NCBI GenBank assembly: GCA_965242695.1
Contig: CBDESU010000001.1
Span: forward strand, 288,001-352,000
DNA from: Cenarchaeum sp.
GTDB lineage: Archaea > Thermoproteota > Nitrososphaeria > Nitrososphaerales > Nitrosopumilaceae
Length of the DNA stretch: 64,000 nt
Direction of reading: 5' to 3'
A program made the translations under genes and the position numbers. Of this stretch, positions 10,122-20,669 are shown one piece after another. Numbering within the stretch: position 1 is the stretch's first letter; each line of letters starts with the position of its first letter. The notes beneath the pieces were generated by a model. It saw only the letters and a list, made by a program, of their open reading frames with translations, was not told the DNA's origin and made no database searches.

Positions 10122-12011
10122 ATGCCAGGATTGGAGGCGCCGGCAGGCGGCAGCCCACGCCCCCGATCTGCCGGCCGCCGCTCGGCCGCCCGCCACGGGT
10201 ACCTGATGCGCCCGGTCAACATGATCTACGCCGGCGAGGACAGGCAGCGCATGCTCGTCGGCCGCCTAAAGACGCTAGCCGACTCGCTCGACTCGCCCGT
10301 CGCCATAGACATGTACAGGGAGAGCGAGGAGATGATGTTCGGCTCGAGGCCGCTGCGGTGCTCGAACGAGCGGACCGTCCTGTCCTCGCACGCCGACGTC
10401 TCGGCGCTGCTCGACCAGGCGGGGTTTGCGTACGAGCGGGTGCCGCCGCCGCGGTACGAGGTCGCATCCTCCTCGGCCGGCCACGTCGTCCTTGCAAACG
10501 GCCTGCTCGCCAGGTGCTACTCGCTGCACGGCACGCCCGACCGCCTGCGCGCCGGCTGGATATACGCGATGTTCGGCGCCTGCGACTTTGTCCGCTTGCT
10601 CGTCTCGCCCGTCCCCGCCTCGTCGCACCTCCAGGTGCTGCGCGCCGCCGGCCGCGCCGCCCGCGACGAGTCGCGCGCGTCGGGGGCGATCGGCGGCGCC
10701 GGCACGGCGGCCGAGATGCGCGAGCGCGTCCTCGGCAGCGGCTCGTCGTCGATCGTATCGGTGCGCATAGTCCTCGGCGTGATGGGGCGCGACCGCAGGT
10801 CGCTTGCGGGGAGGGCGTCGGCCATGCTGTCGCGGGCGCGCGGCATGCGCGTCGATGCGCGGCGCCTGCCGTGGGCCGACGCGAGGTGGCTGCGCGCCGG
10901 GCGCACCGACATTCGCGTCGAGACCGGCTCGCTGCACCCCCTGTTCCCGTTCATCTCGTCCGAGCTGTACGAGAGGGGCGGCGCCGCGTGGGGGATCAAC
11001 CTCGCCACGGGCGGCGCCGTAAAGTACGACTACAAGCAGCGCCGCAACTACAACGTCGCGATCGCCGCGACGAGCGGCGCCGGCAAGAGCCACACCATCA
11101 AGATCATGCTCTCGCGCGCCAGGCGCATGTACCCGCGCGCGTTCGTGTTCATCGTCGACATCGAGAACGAGTACGTCGAATTCGGCCGCTCGCTCGGCCT
11201 TGCCGTGTGCGAGGCGTCCCCGGGCGTGCGCCTCGGGATGGACCCGTTCGGGTACATGACGGGGTACCGGGCGGCCTCTCTCCTTGCATCCATGCTCGGC
11301 GTGGGCCCCCTTGCAAGGTACGCGATGATCAGGGCCGCCGAGGACGGCTCGTGCCGCAGCGCGTCCGACATGGTCCGCCTCGTGGCAGAGGCCGACGCGC
11401 GGGACGGGACGAGCCACGCCCCGCTCGCGTCCATACTGCGGATGGGGCCGGTCAGGGCCGTCCTTGACGGCGAGCCGATGCTCGGCGGGGGCGGAGGGGA
11501 GGATGCGAGCACCGTCCTCGCCCTCGGGAGGTCGTTTGCCGTAAACTCGGACGAGCACCGCCTGGCGACCCGGGTCGCGCTCGAGTTTGCGATAGACAGG
11601 GCCACGCGCATGCCGCGCGACGTGCCAAAGTACGTCGTTCTCGACGAGGGGTGGGCGCTGTTCCGCGACGAGGCGACTGCCGAGTCGGTCGAGGAGCTCG
11701 CGCGGAGGGCCAGAAAGTACAACGTCATCATCGTGCTCGCCACGCAGAACGTCGACGACATCGCGCGGCACCGGCATGCGCTGGCGCTGTTCCGAAACTG
11801 CGACACAAAGATCTTCCTAAAGCTCGAGGAGCGCCGCCAGATGGCCGACGTCCTCGGGCTGCCCGAGCCCGAGATCGGCATACTGATGGCCGCCGAGCCG
11901 GGCGAGGCGATGATCCACGCCACGGACAACGACGTGCGCACCCGCATGGTCGCCGACGATGCAGAGCTGGAGATGTTCGACACGAACCCGAACACGGCGG
12001 CGGGGGGCTGA
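10122..12011 (+). CDS. virB4: VirB4-like conjugation ATPase
   Basis: GINLATG...NYNVAIAATSGAGKS (Walker A), FIVDIENEY, YVVLDEGW (Walker B), ARRARKYN...LATQN. TTTTAT at 10095-10100. Confidence 0.85.
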   Translation: MPGLEAPAGGSPRPRSAGRRSAARHGYLMRPVNMIYAGEDRQRMLVGRLKTLADSLDSPVAIDMYRESEEMMFGSRPLRCSNERTVLSSHADVSALLDQAGFAYERVPPPRYEVASSSAGHVVLANGLLARCYSLHGTPDRLRAGWIYAMFGACDFVRLLVSPVPASSHLQVLRAAGRAARDESRASGAIGGAGTAAEMRERVLGSGSSSIVSVRIVLGVMGRDRRSLAGRASAMLSRARGMRVDARRLPWADARWLRAGRTDIRVETGSLHPLFPFISSELYERGGAAWGINLATGGAVKYDYKQRRNYNVAIAATSGAGKSHTIKIMLSRARRMYPRAFVFIVDIENEYVEFGRSLGLAVCEASPGVRLGMDPFGYMTGYRAASLLASMLGVGPLARYAMIRAAEDGSCRSASDMVRLVAEADARDGTSHAPLASILRMGPVRAVLDGEPMLGGGGGEDASTVLALGRSFAVNSDEHRLATRVALEFAIDRATRMPRDVPKYVVLDEGWALFRDEATAESVEELARRARKYNVIIVLATQNVDDIARHRHALALFRNCDTKIFLKLEERRQMADVLGLPEPEIGILMAAEPGEAMIHATDNDVRTRMVADDAELEMFDTNPNTAAGG

Positions 12012-12016
12012 CCGGA

Positions 12017-13189
12017 ATGGAGCACGCGCATGCGGCCGCCATAATGATGGCCGTGGCCGCCGCTGCCGCGGCGGCGGCCGCATCGCACGCCTACGAGGAG
12101 GCCGGGCATGCGGCCGCCGGCGGGGCCGCATCCGCGCCGCCCGTCCACGCGCACGTGGATGTGAGGGGCGAGCGGCCGGCGGTCGCGACCCTGGCCGTGT
12201 CCAACGCGGGCCGCGCCGCCGTGGTCTCGGTCAACGCGACCGTATGCGGGGCGTCCGGGCTGCTCGGCAGGGCCGCCGGCGACGCCAACTGGTCGCTGCG
12301 CGCGGGATCGTCGGCGCATGTCGCGTGGGCCGCCCCGTGCCATGCCGGCCCCGCCCTGGCCCGGGTAGAGTACGAGACGGCCGACGGATCGTCCGCGGTT
12401 ACACTCCACAGGGCGTGCGCGGGCAGCGCATGCGGGCGCGGGATCGGCGGCATCGGCGGCGGCGCCGGGGGGTGGCGGGGGGACGGGGCCGCCCTGCCGC
12501 CGCCGCTGCCGACGCTGCTGGTGCCGATGCCGCCGCCGGTGCAGCCCAGTCCCCTGCCGGCCCCCGAGATTGCATCGTGCTCGGTGTCCGGCCTGGCCGC
12601 CACGGTCTGCTTCAACGGCAGCGCCGCGGCCGCATCGTACGAGGTCTCGCGCCTGCTCTCTCCGGGGCCTTCGGAATACGCCCTTGTCGGCAGCGCCGCG
12701 ACGGCGCCGGCCTGCCATTCGGACAGGGCGCCGCCCGGGTCGGCGTCGGCAACGTACGCGGTCTCGGCGCTGCCGGCTGCACCTGGGGGAGGCAGCGCAT
12801 CGCAGCCGTCGCGCACGGCGCGCGCCGACTTTGCCGCGCAGCAGTGCTACGTGGACACGCCGGGCGGCGAGAGGGTCGGCTCGCCGCGCGGACCGCCGGC
12901 GCCGGCGCCGGCAGCGCAGTCGGACTATCGCATCGCAATGTACACTGGGTTTGCATCCACGCCGCGTACGGTGCAGGCCGGCTTTGGCCCCGACATCCAC
13001 GTGGTCGAAAGGCTGTCCGACGGGTCGTGGTCGCGCCTCGGGTACGCGCCGTCGCACCCGCGCGATTCGCTGTCCGAGCACCTGCCGGCCGAGCTGGTCG
13101 CGCGCAGCGCGTCCGGGGATGCGGACGTGAGGTACGTCCGCGCCGACCTGCTGCGCCACCTGGACGCCTTCTGGGGGTCGCGGCAGTGA
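12017..13189 (+). CDS. Exported pilin-like protein with an FN3-like C-terminal domain
   Basis: Hydrophobic N-terminus, LAVSNAG beta motif, YEVSR...HSD...TYAVSA pattern. Starts 5 bp after virB4. Confidence 0.55.
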   Translation: MEHAHAAAIMMAVAAAAAAAAASHAYEEAGHAAAGGAASAPPVHAHVDVRGERPAVATLAVSNAGRAAVVSVNATVCGASGLLGRAAGDANWSLRAGSSAHVAWAAPCHAGPALARVEYETADGSSAVTLHRACAGSACGRGIGGIGGGAGGWRGDGAALPPPLPTLLVPMPPPVQPSPLPAPEIASCSVSGLAATVCFNGSAAAASYEVSRLLSPGPSEYALVGSAATAPACHSDRAPPGSASATYAVSALPAAPGGGSASQPSRTARADFAAQQCYVDTPGGERVGSPRGPPAPAPAAQSDYRIAMYTGFASTPRTVQAGFGPDIHVVERLSDGSWSRLGYAPSHPRDSLSEHLPAELVARSASGDADVRYVRADLLRHLDAFWGSRQ

Positions 13190-14214
13190 GGGCGGGCTGG
13201 GGGGTGGCCCTGGCTGCCGCGCTTGCGGCCTCTGCCGTCCTTTGCCTCGATGCGGCCGCCGGGCAGGCCTCGCCCTACCCCGCACACCCATGGGGATATG
13301 CCGGCGGCGAAGGCGGGGGCGGCGCCGGCGCCGCACCGTACTGGAGGTTTCTCGGCGGCGTCGGCGCCGGCGACTCGTTTGCGTACAGGATATGCGATTC
13401 GCTGTACGGCCCCTTTGCCGCCGGCGGACACGGCCCGCTTGCGCCGCGGAGCGGTGGCGGGGAGGGACGCTGGGCGTGCTACCTGGCCGAGCTGCACATA
13501 GAGGCCGTCGTCCCCGTATCGGGCGGCCGGAACGGCTCCGCCCAGGCCGCCTCCGTCGGCGCCGACGTCTATGTCGTCAGGGCCGCGGCGGACTGGGGCG
13601 GGGGCGGATCCGCGGCGCAGCCGCGCGCCCCCGAGTCCGTCCTGCTCGTCGTCGACGGCGGGAGCGGCCGCCTGGCCGTAAGGCACGCCATGCCCGCCGA
13701 CAGGGCCCTTGCCGAGTCCCTGCAGAGGACGATATTCTGGAGGGGAGGGCTCGGCGGCGGCGCGGCGCTCGCGTACGGCGAGCCGGTGGCCGAGCTGATC
13801 AGGGGCGTCCCGTCGACGGCGCTCCTCGTGTCCGGCTCGCACGTGTCCGAGTCGGGCCATGTCGAGTACACCGCAGTGCACGGCCTGCCTCGCCCGGCGC
13901 CCCACGCCGAGGGCGGCTGGCGCGCGCACGGGGGGCAGGGGATCAGCAAGGTCGTGCTTGCCGCCGGGGTCGGGCTGCCCGTCTCGGCCCGCGTGTACGG
14001 GGGATCGCCTCCGCCGCTCGACCACTACCACCCGGGCAGGCCGCTGTTCGAGTACGAGATGGTCGCGCTCGGGCAGGCGCCAGAGCCGGGCGCGCAGACC
14101 GCCGGCGGCCAGCCCGCCCATGCCGATCCCATCTCCAACCCGCACTATGCGGTGCACGGCGGCGGCGGCGGGCACCGGCCGCCGCCGGGACGGGGGGACG
14201 GAGGCGGATGGTAA
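13186..14214 (+). CDS. Secreted hypothetical protein
   Basis: GTG start overlapping the upstream TGA. Signal peptide RAGWGVALAAALAASAVLCLDAAAG. GDSFAYRICD motif. Confidence 0.6.
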   Translation: MRAGWGVALAAALAASAVLCLDAAAGQASPYPAHPWGYAGGEGGGGAGAAPYWRFLGGVGAGDSFAYRICDSLYGPFAAGGHGPLAPRSGGGEGRWACYLAELHIEAVVPVSGGRNGSAQAASVGADVYVVRAAADWGGGGSAAQPRAPESVLLVVDGGSGRLAVRHAMPADRALAESLQRTIFWRGGLGGGAALAYGEPVAELIRGVPSTALLVSGSHVSESGHVEYTAVHGLPRPAPHAEGGWRAHGGQGISKVVLAAGVGLPVSARVYGGSPPPLDHYHPGRPLFEYEMVALGQAPEPGAQTAGGQPAHADPISNPHYAVHGGGGGHRPPPGRGDGGGW

Positions 14215-17036
14215 ACTCGGCCGCCGCGGCCCTCGTCTCGGCCGCGGCCATCGCTGCCATCCTCGGCGTGCACTCGGCCGCCGTCGGCTCCGAGGTGCGC
14301 ATTGCGGGCGAGGCGGCCGACATGATATCCTCGCTCGCGGCAGCCTCGAACGAGGCCGTCTCGGCATCGTACGATGCGCCGTCGCGGTCGATCACAGTCC
14401 GCAACCATGGGGCCCTGCCGGCGCGCATCTTCATGGTCGACGTCCTGGCGCCGCGCGGCGGCGCGGAAGGCGGCGCGCCCGTGCGCGTGGCGCTTGCGCC
14501 GGGCGGGTACGCCGCCCCGCCGGGCATGATCGTCGTGAACGGGTCGGCCGTGGGCGGCTCGCGCGAGGTCGCGCCGGGGGCTGCATTGTCGATCCCGCTC
14601 GCCGGCGCACTGGGCGCCGCATCCGCATCCACGGCTCCCCCGCACCCGCGCTCGGCGGCCATTGCGACGGATGCGGGAACCCGGGCCGTCGTGGCCGGGC
14701 TGCCAGTATCCACGGCGCCGGGAGGAGGAGGCGGCGGAACCGGCGCCGCCGCCGGAGGCGGCAACGGCACGGCGACGATAAACGGCATGGGGATCAACTC
14801 GCGCATAGTCCACGCGTGGCACGGCGGGTTTGCCGTCGTGGGCACCGGGACGGTCGGCAGTGTGGTGGTACCCGCCGGCCCGTACGTGCGGGCAGGCGGC
14901 GCGGCCGACGGCTTTGTCGGGGTCGTGCTCGGCGGCGACCCGTCCGAGGCCGCGGCCGTCCCGTCCCTGTCCGGCTCGTACGCGTACGGCCCGGGCGGGT
15001 CGCTTGCGCCAGACGGGGGCGGCCGTGGGGCTGCCGCACCGCTCGCGTACGCCGCAAAGCGCACCCTCGAGGGCTCACCGTCGGTCGTGCGCGGCGGGGA
15101 CGGGCTGGAGCTGCGCGGCCCGGGCCGCGTCGTCCTCGAGCTGCGCGCCGGCGATCCAGGCTCGGCCCTGTTCCTGTCGGGCTCGGCCGCCGGCGCCGCC
15201 GAGGTGCTCGCCGGCGCCTCTCCGTACGACCTATTCTCGCAGGCGTACGCGGCGGGCAGGGGGTTTGAGGTGTGGAGGGGGCAGGCGGCCGGGCCGTCGT
15301 CGCACGCGCGGTTCGACGAGCCGTGCAGCCCGCCCTCGAACAGGGCCGAGTTTTCCGCCTCGTACTGGTGGGACGTGCCGTCGGTTCCGGTCGGGCTGCG
15401 CGGGCGCGTGGCGCACGGCGCCGTGCCGTCGGCCAACAACAACCTGCCAGACCCCGCGACGGGCCTGATGGGCGAGCCGCTCGTGCCGGCCGCTGCGCGC
15501 ATAGAGTACGGGCAGGGCGGCGGGGGCGGCGGGCTGTACGGGACGGTCGAGGGCCTGTCGATGCGGTCCGGCGGCGCGCCGCAGCTGAACGGGCCGGCCG
15601 CCTGCCACGCGCGGCCGGCCGGCGTGGTCCCGGTCCTGTACGACGAGGCGCCGATCGCAGAGGCGCTTGCCGTCTTGCCGGGGGCGCCCGCGCACGGGCG
15701 GTTCGAGGCCGTGCTGGCCGCGCCCGGCGGAGGCGAAAGGTCGTACGTTCTGGTGCGCATGGACGGCCCGTCGGATGCGGTCTCGCTCTCGGCGCGGCAG
15801 CTGTCGCCGGGCGAGGCCCTGCTGTCCGTGGCCGGCCTCCCGCCGTCCATGCCGTACAGGATCGCCTCGGGCGGGGCGGCGCTTGCCGCCGGGGTGACTT
15901 CGGCGGCCGGCGGGATCGCGCTTTCCGCCGCCGACATGGGTCTCGGGCCCGGCGCGCGGCCGGCCGCATCGCGGTGCGATCCGGCCGCCGCCCAGGCGTG
16001 CGCCCCCGCCGGCGCAGGGCGCGCGCCGGCCGCAATGGCGCCGGGCGCCGTCCTGCACCTGTACCGCGACTCGTTTGCCGTGCGCGGCGGGCTCGACGAG
16101 GCCGTCGCGTACGATCCCGTGAACAACGCATCCTTTGCCGTGCCGTCGTGGCGCGCCGACACCGTATACGTGGTGCATGCATGGGCGCGCATTCCCGTGG
16201 TCGGGCACGTATCCGTGTCCGGCGCGGCCCTCAACGGGACGCTTCCGCTGCCGTTCGTCGACGGGAAGAGGGGGGCCGCGCAGGGGGCGGCCCCCGAGTA
16301 CGTCCACGTTCCGGTCGTGCCGCGGTACGCGCACGTCGCAATGTCGGTCAACGGCGTGCCGGCAGCCCTTGCGTTCGCCGATGCGGCCTCGGCGGGAGGG
16401 GGCGGGGCATCTTCGGTGCGCATCATCGTGCCGTCCTCGTCGCAATCGCAGGCGGCCGACCCGGGCGGGCCCGTCGCGCGCGTTGCGGCCCAGGCCGGCG
16501 CGCCGCTCGCGTACGTGGCGCCGCGCGACGGGACGCTCGGCGCCGTGTTCGCGGTGCAGGCGTCCGGCTCTGTCCGGATAGACAACACGTACGTCCTGCG
16601 CGGCGCCGGCGGCGATGCGGGCTGGCGGTTCAACGCGACGGCGGCCGCGCCGCCGGCGCCGCCGTCCGGCTGGGAGCCGAACGCATCCCTCTCGGCGCAC
16701 GTAACAGTGCGGGTAAACGGCGACGTGTCAGGCACGGTCCAGCTCGCGCCCGCGGCCCCGCCCGGGTCGGGGGCGGGGCGCGCGGCGTACTCGGCGTCGG
16801 CCGGCGCCGGCTCGGTGCTCGTGTCGGTCTCGCACGGGCCGCTCGCGTACGATGCGCGCGGGTCGGCCGCGGTGCCGGTGCGGGCCGGCGACATGGTGGA
16901 GTTTGAGGTGGTGGCCGGCGCATCGGAGGCGGCCCCGCCGTACGCCCCGCCGGCCGGCGCCGAGGTGTCCTGGTCGACTGGATCGGCATCGGCCGCCGCC
17001 GCGATCCTGTCGGGAACGGCCATTGCGGGGATGTAG
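14208..17036 (+). CDS. Large exported protein with pilin-like N-terminus (putative minor pilin/adhesin, about 940 aa)
   Basis: MVNSAAAALVSAAAIAAILG helix, then NEAVSASY...ITVRNHG as in archaeal pilin/flagellin-type folds, and a beta-rich body. Overlaps the previous stop. Confidence 0.6.
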   Translation: MVNSAAAALVSAAAIAAILGVHSAAVGSEVRIAGEAADMISSLAAASNEAVSASYDAPSRSITVRNHGALPARIFMVDVLAPRGGAEGGAPVRVALAPGGYAAPPGMIVVNGSAVGGSREVAPGAALSIPLAGALGAASASTAPPHPRSAAIATDAGTRAVVAGLPVSTAPGGGGGGTGAAAGGGNGTATINGMGINSRIVHAWHGGFAVVGTGTVGSVVVPAGPYVRAGGAADGFVGVVLGGDPSEAAAVPSLSGSYAYGPGGSLAPDGGGRGAAAPLAYAAKRTLEGSPSVVRGGDGLELRGPGRVVLELRAGDPGSALFLSGSAAGAAEVLAGASPYDLFSQAYAAGRGFEVWRGQAAGPSSHARFDEPCSPPSNRAEFSASYWWDVPSVPVGLRGRVAHGAVPSANNNLPDPATGLMGEPLVPAAARIEYGQGGGGGGLYGTVEGLSMRSGGAPQLNGPAACHARPAGVVPVLYDEAPIAEALAVLPGAPAHGRFEAVLAAPGGGERSYVLVRMDGPSDAVSLSARQLSPGEALLSVAGLPPSMPYRIASGGAALAAGVTSAAGGIALSAADMGLGPGARPAASRCDPAAAQACAPAGAGRAPAAMAPGAVLHLYRDSFAVRGGLDEAVAYDPVNNASFAVPSWRADTVYVVHAWARIPVVGHVSVSGAALNGTLPLPFVDGKRGAAQGAAPEYVHVPVVPRYAHVAMSVNGVPAALAFADAASAGGGGASSVRIIVPSSSQSQAADPGGPVARVAAQAGAPLAYVAPRDGTLGAVFAVQASGSVRIDNTYVLRGAGGDAGWRFNATAAAPPAPPSGWEPNASLSAHVTVRVNGDVSGTVQLAPAAPPGSGAGRAAYSASAGAGSVLVSVSHGPLAYDARGSAAVPVRAGDMVEFEVVAGASEAAPPYAPPAGAEVSWSTGSASAAAAILSGTAIAGM

Positions 17037-17053
17037 GGGGAAGGGAGAGGAAG

Positions 17054-19141
17054 ATGGGGGGAATGGGGCGGCCAGGCGGGGATGCAGGGGCGGCCGGCCT
17101 GGGCGGGCGCGCCGGCATGTCCCTTGCCGCGGCAGCCGTGCTGCTCGTCGCCGCCGCCGCGGCCGCCCTGGCGGCGGGCCATGCGGGCGCCTTTGCCGTG
17201 GCGGCGGCCTGCCTTGCCGCGGCCCTTGCCGCCGGCGCGTCGCGGCGGTCGAATCTCCGGCCGGGCGGGCGGCGGCGCGGAACGGGCCGGACAGGCGGCG
17301 GAACGGCGGGCCGCGGCAGCGGCCGCGGCAGCGGCCGCGGCAGCGGCAGCGGCGGCGGCCGCGGCAGCGGCCCTGCGCGGCGCGGCAGGCCGCGCGCGCC
17401 GAGGCTCGTCGCCGGCGTCATGTCGCGGCGCCCGACCAGGACCAACCGGCTCGGCCGCGCCGTCATGTCTGCGCCCCTCCTGTCGGCCCTGTTTGCGCAC
17501 GAGTCTGCCCGGGTTGCGCGCCTGGCCCCGCGCACGGGCGCCCCGCTCGACGAGCAGTACTTTGTCATCCGCACCGCCGCCTGCGCCGCGGCCTCGGCCG
17601 CGGCGGCCTGCGCATGCGCCGCCTTCCTGGCCGTACTCCTTGCCGTTCCGGCCCTCCAGGCCGCGGCCGCCGCGGCGGCTGCCGCGCTCGCCCCGCTGCT
17701 TGCCGCGCCCCTGCTCGCCCCGCTCGTACTGTCGGCGCGCGCATCGGCGCGCGCATCGGCCGTGTCTGCCGAGCTGCTCGCGTTCCTGACGCTGGCCGGG
17801 ATTGTCCATACCGTCGACAAGACGCTGTTCTGGACGTTCGAGCAGGTCGCGTCCGCGCGCGGCGTATTCTCGGCCGTGGGGGCCGATGCGGCCGCGCTCC
17901 TGCGGCATGCGAGGGTTGGCGGCATGGACGAGGTCTCGGCCCTCATGGAGCTGGCGCGGTTCCACCCGCACGCGCCGTTTCGCACGTTCCTGCAGCGGTA
18001 CGCCTCGCTCGTCGGGTCGAGCCCCGCAAGGCTCGGCATGTGCGTAGAGCAGGCGCGCGACGAGGCACTCTCGGCCGCCGTCTCTGCGGCCTCGTCGTAC
18101 GCCGGCGCGGCAAACGGCGCGTTCTTTGCCGGGGTGATGGCAGTCTCCGTAATGCCGATGATGCTCGTCGGCGTAATGTTCCTGCCGGGGACGGGGACGG
18201 CCGCCGCGGCCGGACTGCTGCTCGCCGCCGTCATGGCCGCGCCGCTTGCGTTCCTGGCCCTGCCCGCCTTCATGCCGGCCGACTCTTTCCTGCGCGATGC
18301 CGGCGCGGTGCGCAGGCCGGCCGTACCGGCCGCGGCCGCGGCGGCCGCGGCCCTGGCCTCGACGGCCCTGTCCGGCTGGGGCGCGCACGCGCTGCCGCTC
18401 GCGGCCGCCGCGGCCGCGGCCGCGTTTGGCGGCGCCGCCTGGGCCCTGTCGGCGCGCGCCGAGCGGGACGCGGCCGACGCCGACGCCGAGATGCCAGTCC
18501 TGCTCGACCACATAGCCGAGCAGAAGAGGTCCAGGTCGGACATTGTGGCCATGCTCTCCGAGTACGCGGCAATGCCTGCCACAAGGCCCTGCGTGGCGCG
18601 GATGCTGCGCGGGGTGGCCTCGGCGGCCGTCGTTCGGCCGGCCCGCGAGGCGTTCTGCGGGGCGGCGCACTACCCGAGCGCGGCGGCCAGGTTTGCGCTG
18701 TTCGTCCTGTACGCCATACACGAGCACGGCGGCGGCACGCGCGAGACGGTCGTCGCGATGGCGCACTCGATGCGCCGCATGTCCGAGGCGCGGCGCCGGT
18801 TCGCATCCGAGGTGCGCTTCTCGGCCGCGCTAGTCGTCGCATCGCCCCTTGTGCTGACGTTTGCCGTAATGTCGACGTCGCTAATGGCCCTCGGCCCCGC
18901 TGCAGTGCAGGGCGGCGGCCTGGGCGGTGCGGCGGAAGTGGGGGCCGGTGCGGCCGCCGATCTGGTCGACTCGCTGCGGCCGGCCGTCGCAATGGTCGGC
19001 ATCTGCGGCGGGCTGGCCGTATGCAGGATCGCCGACCACTCGTTCCTGCGGACAAGGCACCTGTTCCTGGCCGCCTCGGTGTCTGCGGCATGCCTTGCCG
19101 CGTGGGATGCGGCGCTCGGGCTTGCGCGGTCGCTGGCGTGA
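17054..19141 (+). CDS. TadC/GspF-like type IV pilus membrane platform protein
   Basis: Duplicated T2SSF-like layout (ELLAFLTLAGI...ALMELARFHP; EMPVLLDHIAEQ...GGGTRETV) with multiple TM helices. Confidence 0.7.
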   Translation: MGGMGRPGGDAGAAGLGGRAGMSLAAAAVLLVAAAAAALAAGHAGAFAVAAACLAAALAAGASRRSNLRPGGRRRGTGRTGGGTAGRGSGRGSGRGSGSGGGRGSGPARRGRPRAPRLVAGVMSRRPTRTNRLGRAVMSAPLLSALFAHESARVARLAPRTGAPLDEQYFVIRTAACAAASAAAACACAAFLAVLLAVPALQAAAAAAAAALAPLLAAPLLAPLVLSARASARASAVSAELLAFLTLAGIVHTVDKTLFWTFEQVASARGVFSAVGADAAALLRHARVGGMDEVSALMELARFHPHAPFRTFLQRYASLVGSSPARLGMCVEQARDEALSAAVSAASSYAGAANGAFFAGVMAVSVMPMMLVGVMFLPGTGTAAAAGLLLAAVMAAPLAFLALPAFMPADSFLRDAGAVRRPAVPAAAAAAAALASTALSGWGAHALPLAAAAAAAAFGGAAWALSARAERDAADADAEMPVLLDHIAEQKRSRSDIVAMLSEYAAMPATRPCVARMLRGVASAAVVRPAREAFCGAAHYPSAAARFALFVLYAIHEHGGGTRETVVAMAHSMRRMSEARRRFASEVRFSAALVVASPLVLTFAVMSTSLMALGPAAVQGGGLGGAAEVGAGAAADLVDSLRPAVAMVGICGGLAVCRIADHSFLRTRHLFLAASVSAACLAAWDAALGLARSLA

Positions 19142-19374
19142 GCGCTGCGCGGGAGCGGCCCTGCGAGTGACAGCATGTTGGCCGTTCCGCGCGCCGGCCT
19201 GTCACTTGTGTGACAGTTTTAGCGCAACGGCGACTGCGAGGCCCGGGCCGATCTGCCTTGGCTTTGGACGGCATCCTGCCGGGCTTTGATGCGCGGCGGT
19301 GTGCCGATGGCGTGCCGCGGTCGCTAGGAGCGCCGCATCGCAGGGTTTACATGCCCGCCATGTGCGGTCGCCCC

Positions 19375-19581
19375 ATGGAGTATTGGGATGATGGCTCGGG
19401 AGACGACCACTTGTGGGCCGTAACGTCGGTAGTGGGAAGGCTGACGGGAAACGAGACCGAGGCCGAAAAGAAGGCCGCCCTCGAGCGCTGGATTAGCCTG
19501 CCAGAGGAAGAGCAGCTCAGGCTGATGATGAAGTACAGCGAGAAGCGTATGCGGCTGGCGCGCCTCAGTGAAATCCCCTGA
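19375..19581 (+). CDS. Small 68-aa hypothetical protein, copy 1
   Basis: MEYWDDGSGDDHLWAVTSVVGRL... TTTACAT 29 bp upstream and a T-rich terminator. The copy at 20463 differs mostly by synonymous changes. Confidence 0.65.
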   Translation: MEYWDDGSGDDHLWAVTSVVGRLTGNETEAEKKAALERWISLPEEEQLRLMMKYSEKRMRLARLSEIP

Positions 19582-19688
19582 AGGCAGGGGTGCGCTGTCG
19601 GCAACCGGGAGCGTTGCCGTTTTTTTCTTTGTTTTTGCTTTTACACGGCGCGAGGCCTACTGCACGGCGATCTTGGCGCTGGCACGAC

Positions 19689-20392
19689 CTAGGAGTGCGT
19701 TGGACTGTGGCGGTCGCCTGCCTTGCCGTCCCTGCCTAGGTGCGCCAGAATGGCGGCCTTGCCGACAAGTGCGTCGGTGTGGCCTGGTTCTACTTCGATC
19801 ATCCTGTTGTAACAGCACAGGGCCTCGTCGTGGCGCCCAAGGATGCGGAGAAGAAACGCCTTGCGCAAGTACACTTCCATATTCATCGGACCAAGCTCGG
19901 CTGCAACATCGTACGCGGCAAGGGCCTCGGAGGAACGGCCCAATGCCGCCAGCAGGTCGGCGCGGCGCATGCGGGCGGTTCCGTCGTACACGTCGAGCTC
20001 GATCGCCCTGTCGTACGCCGCAAGGACCTCGTCGCCGCGTCCCGTGCCTGCGAGGATGTTTCCCCTGAGGAAGTGCGCCCGCTGCAGCGAGCCGTCCATC
20101 TCGACGGCCCTGTCGCAGGCGGCGAGCGCCTCTGCGCCGCGTCCCACGCCTGCAAGTATGTCGGCCTTGGATGCGTGCGCATCGGGGAGGGCGGGATCAA
20201 GATCTATGGCCGCCCCGCAGGCGGCAAGCGCCTCCTCGTCCCTACCGAGCCTTGCAAGCGGCAGCGCCCTGGCAAGGTGCGTGACGGCGCGGCCCGGATC
20301 CAGCGATACGGCCGTGTCGTAGATGTCGAGTGCCTCCTCGTCCCTGCCCAGCCCGAAGAGCGCCAGCCCGAGCCGCGCGTGCGCCTGCGCGC
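19689..20392 (-). pseudogene. 5'-truncated TPR repeat gene fragment (duplicate of the C-terminal half of the HEPN-TPR gene)
   Basis: About 6 TPRs (AHARLGLAL...EEAL...YD.A..LDP). No cognate start at the duplication boundary. Confidence 0.65.
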
Positions 20393-20462
20393 AGCCGGCG
20401 GGCCGTGGTCCTCCGAAGCGCCACATCGCAGGATTTATATGCTCCCCCTGTGCGGCCGTTTC

Positions 20463-20669
20463 GTGGAATATTGGGATGACGGCTCCGGGGACGACCACCT
20501 GTGGGCCATAACGTCGGTGGTGGGAAGGCTGACGGGAAACGAGACCGAGGCCGAGAAGAAGGCGGCACTCGAGCGCTGGACCAGCCTGCCCGAGGAAGAG
20601 CAGCTCAGGCTGATGATGAAGTACAGCGAGAAGCGCATGCGGCTGGCACGTCTCAACGAACTTCCCTGA
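20463..20669 (+). CDS. Small 68-aa hypothetical protein, copy 2
   Basis: GTG start with TTTATAT 29 bp upstream. Near-identical protein to copy 1. Confidence 0.65.
   Translation: MEYWDDGSGDDHLWAITSVVGRLTGNETEAEKKAALERWTSLPEEEQLRLMMKYSEKRMRLARLNELP

Noticed and set aside
13943-18766. 1607-aa minus-strand ORF and many other long overlapping ORFs
   Set aside because: These are shadow ORFs caused by very high GC. They are Arg/Pro/Ala-rich with no motifs and lie opposite or out of frame to better-supported genes.
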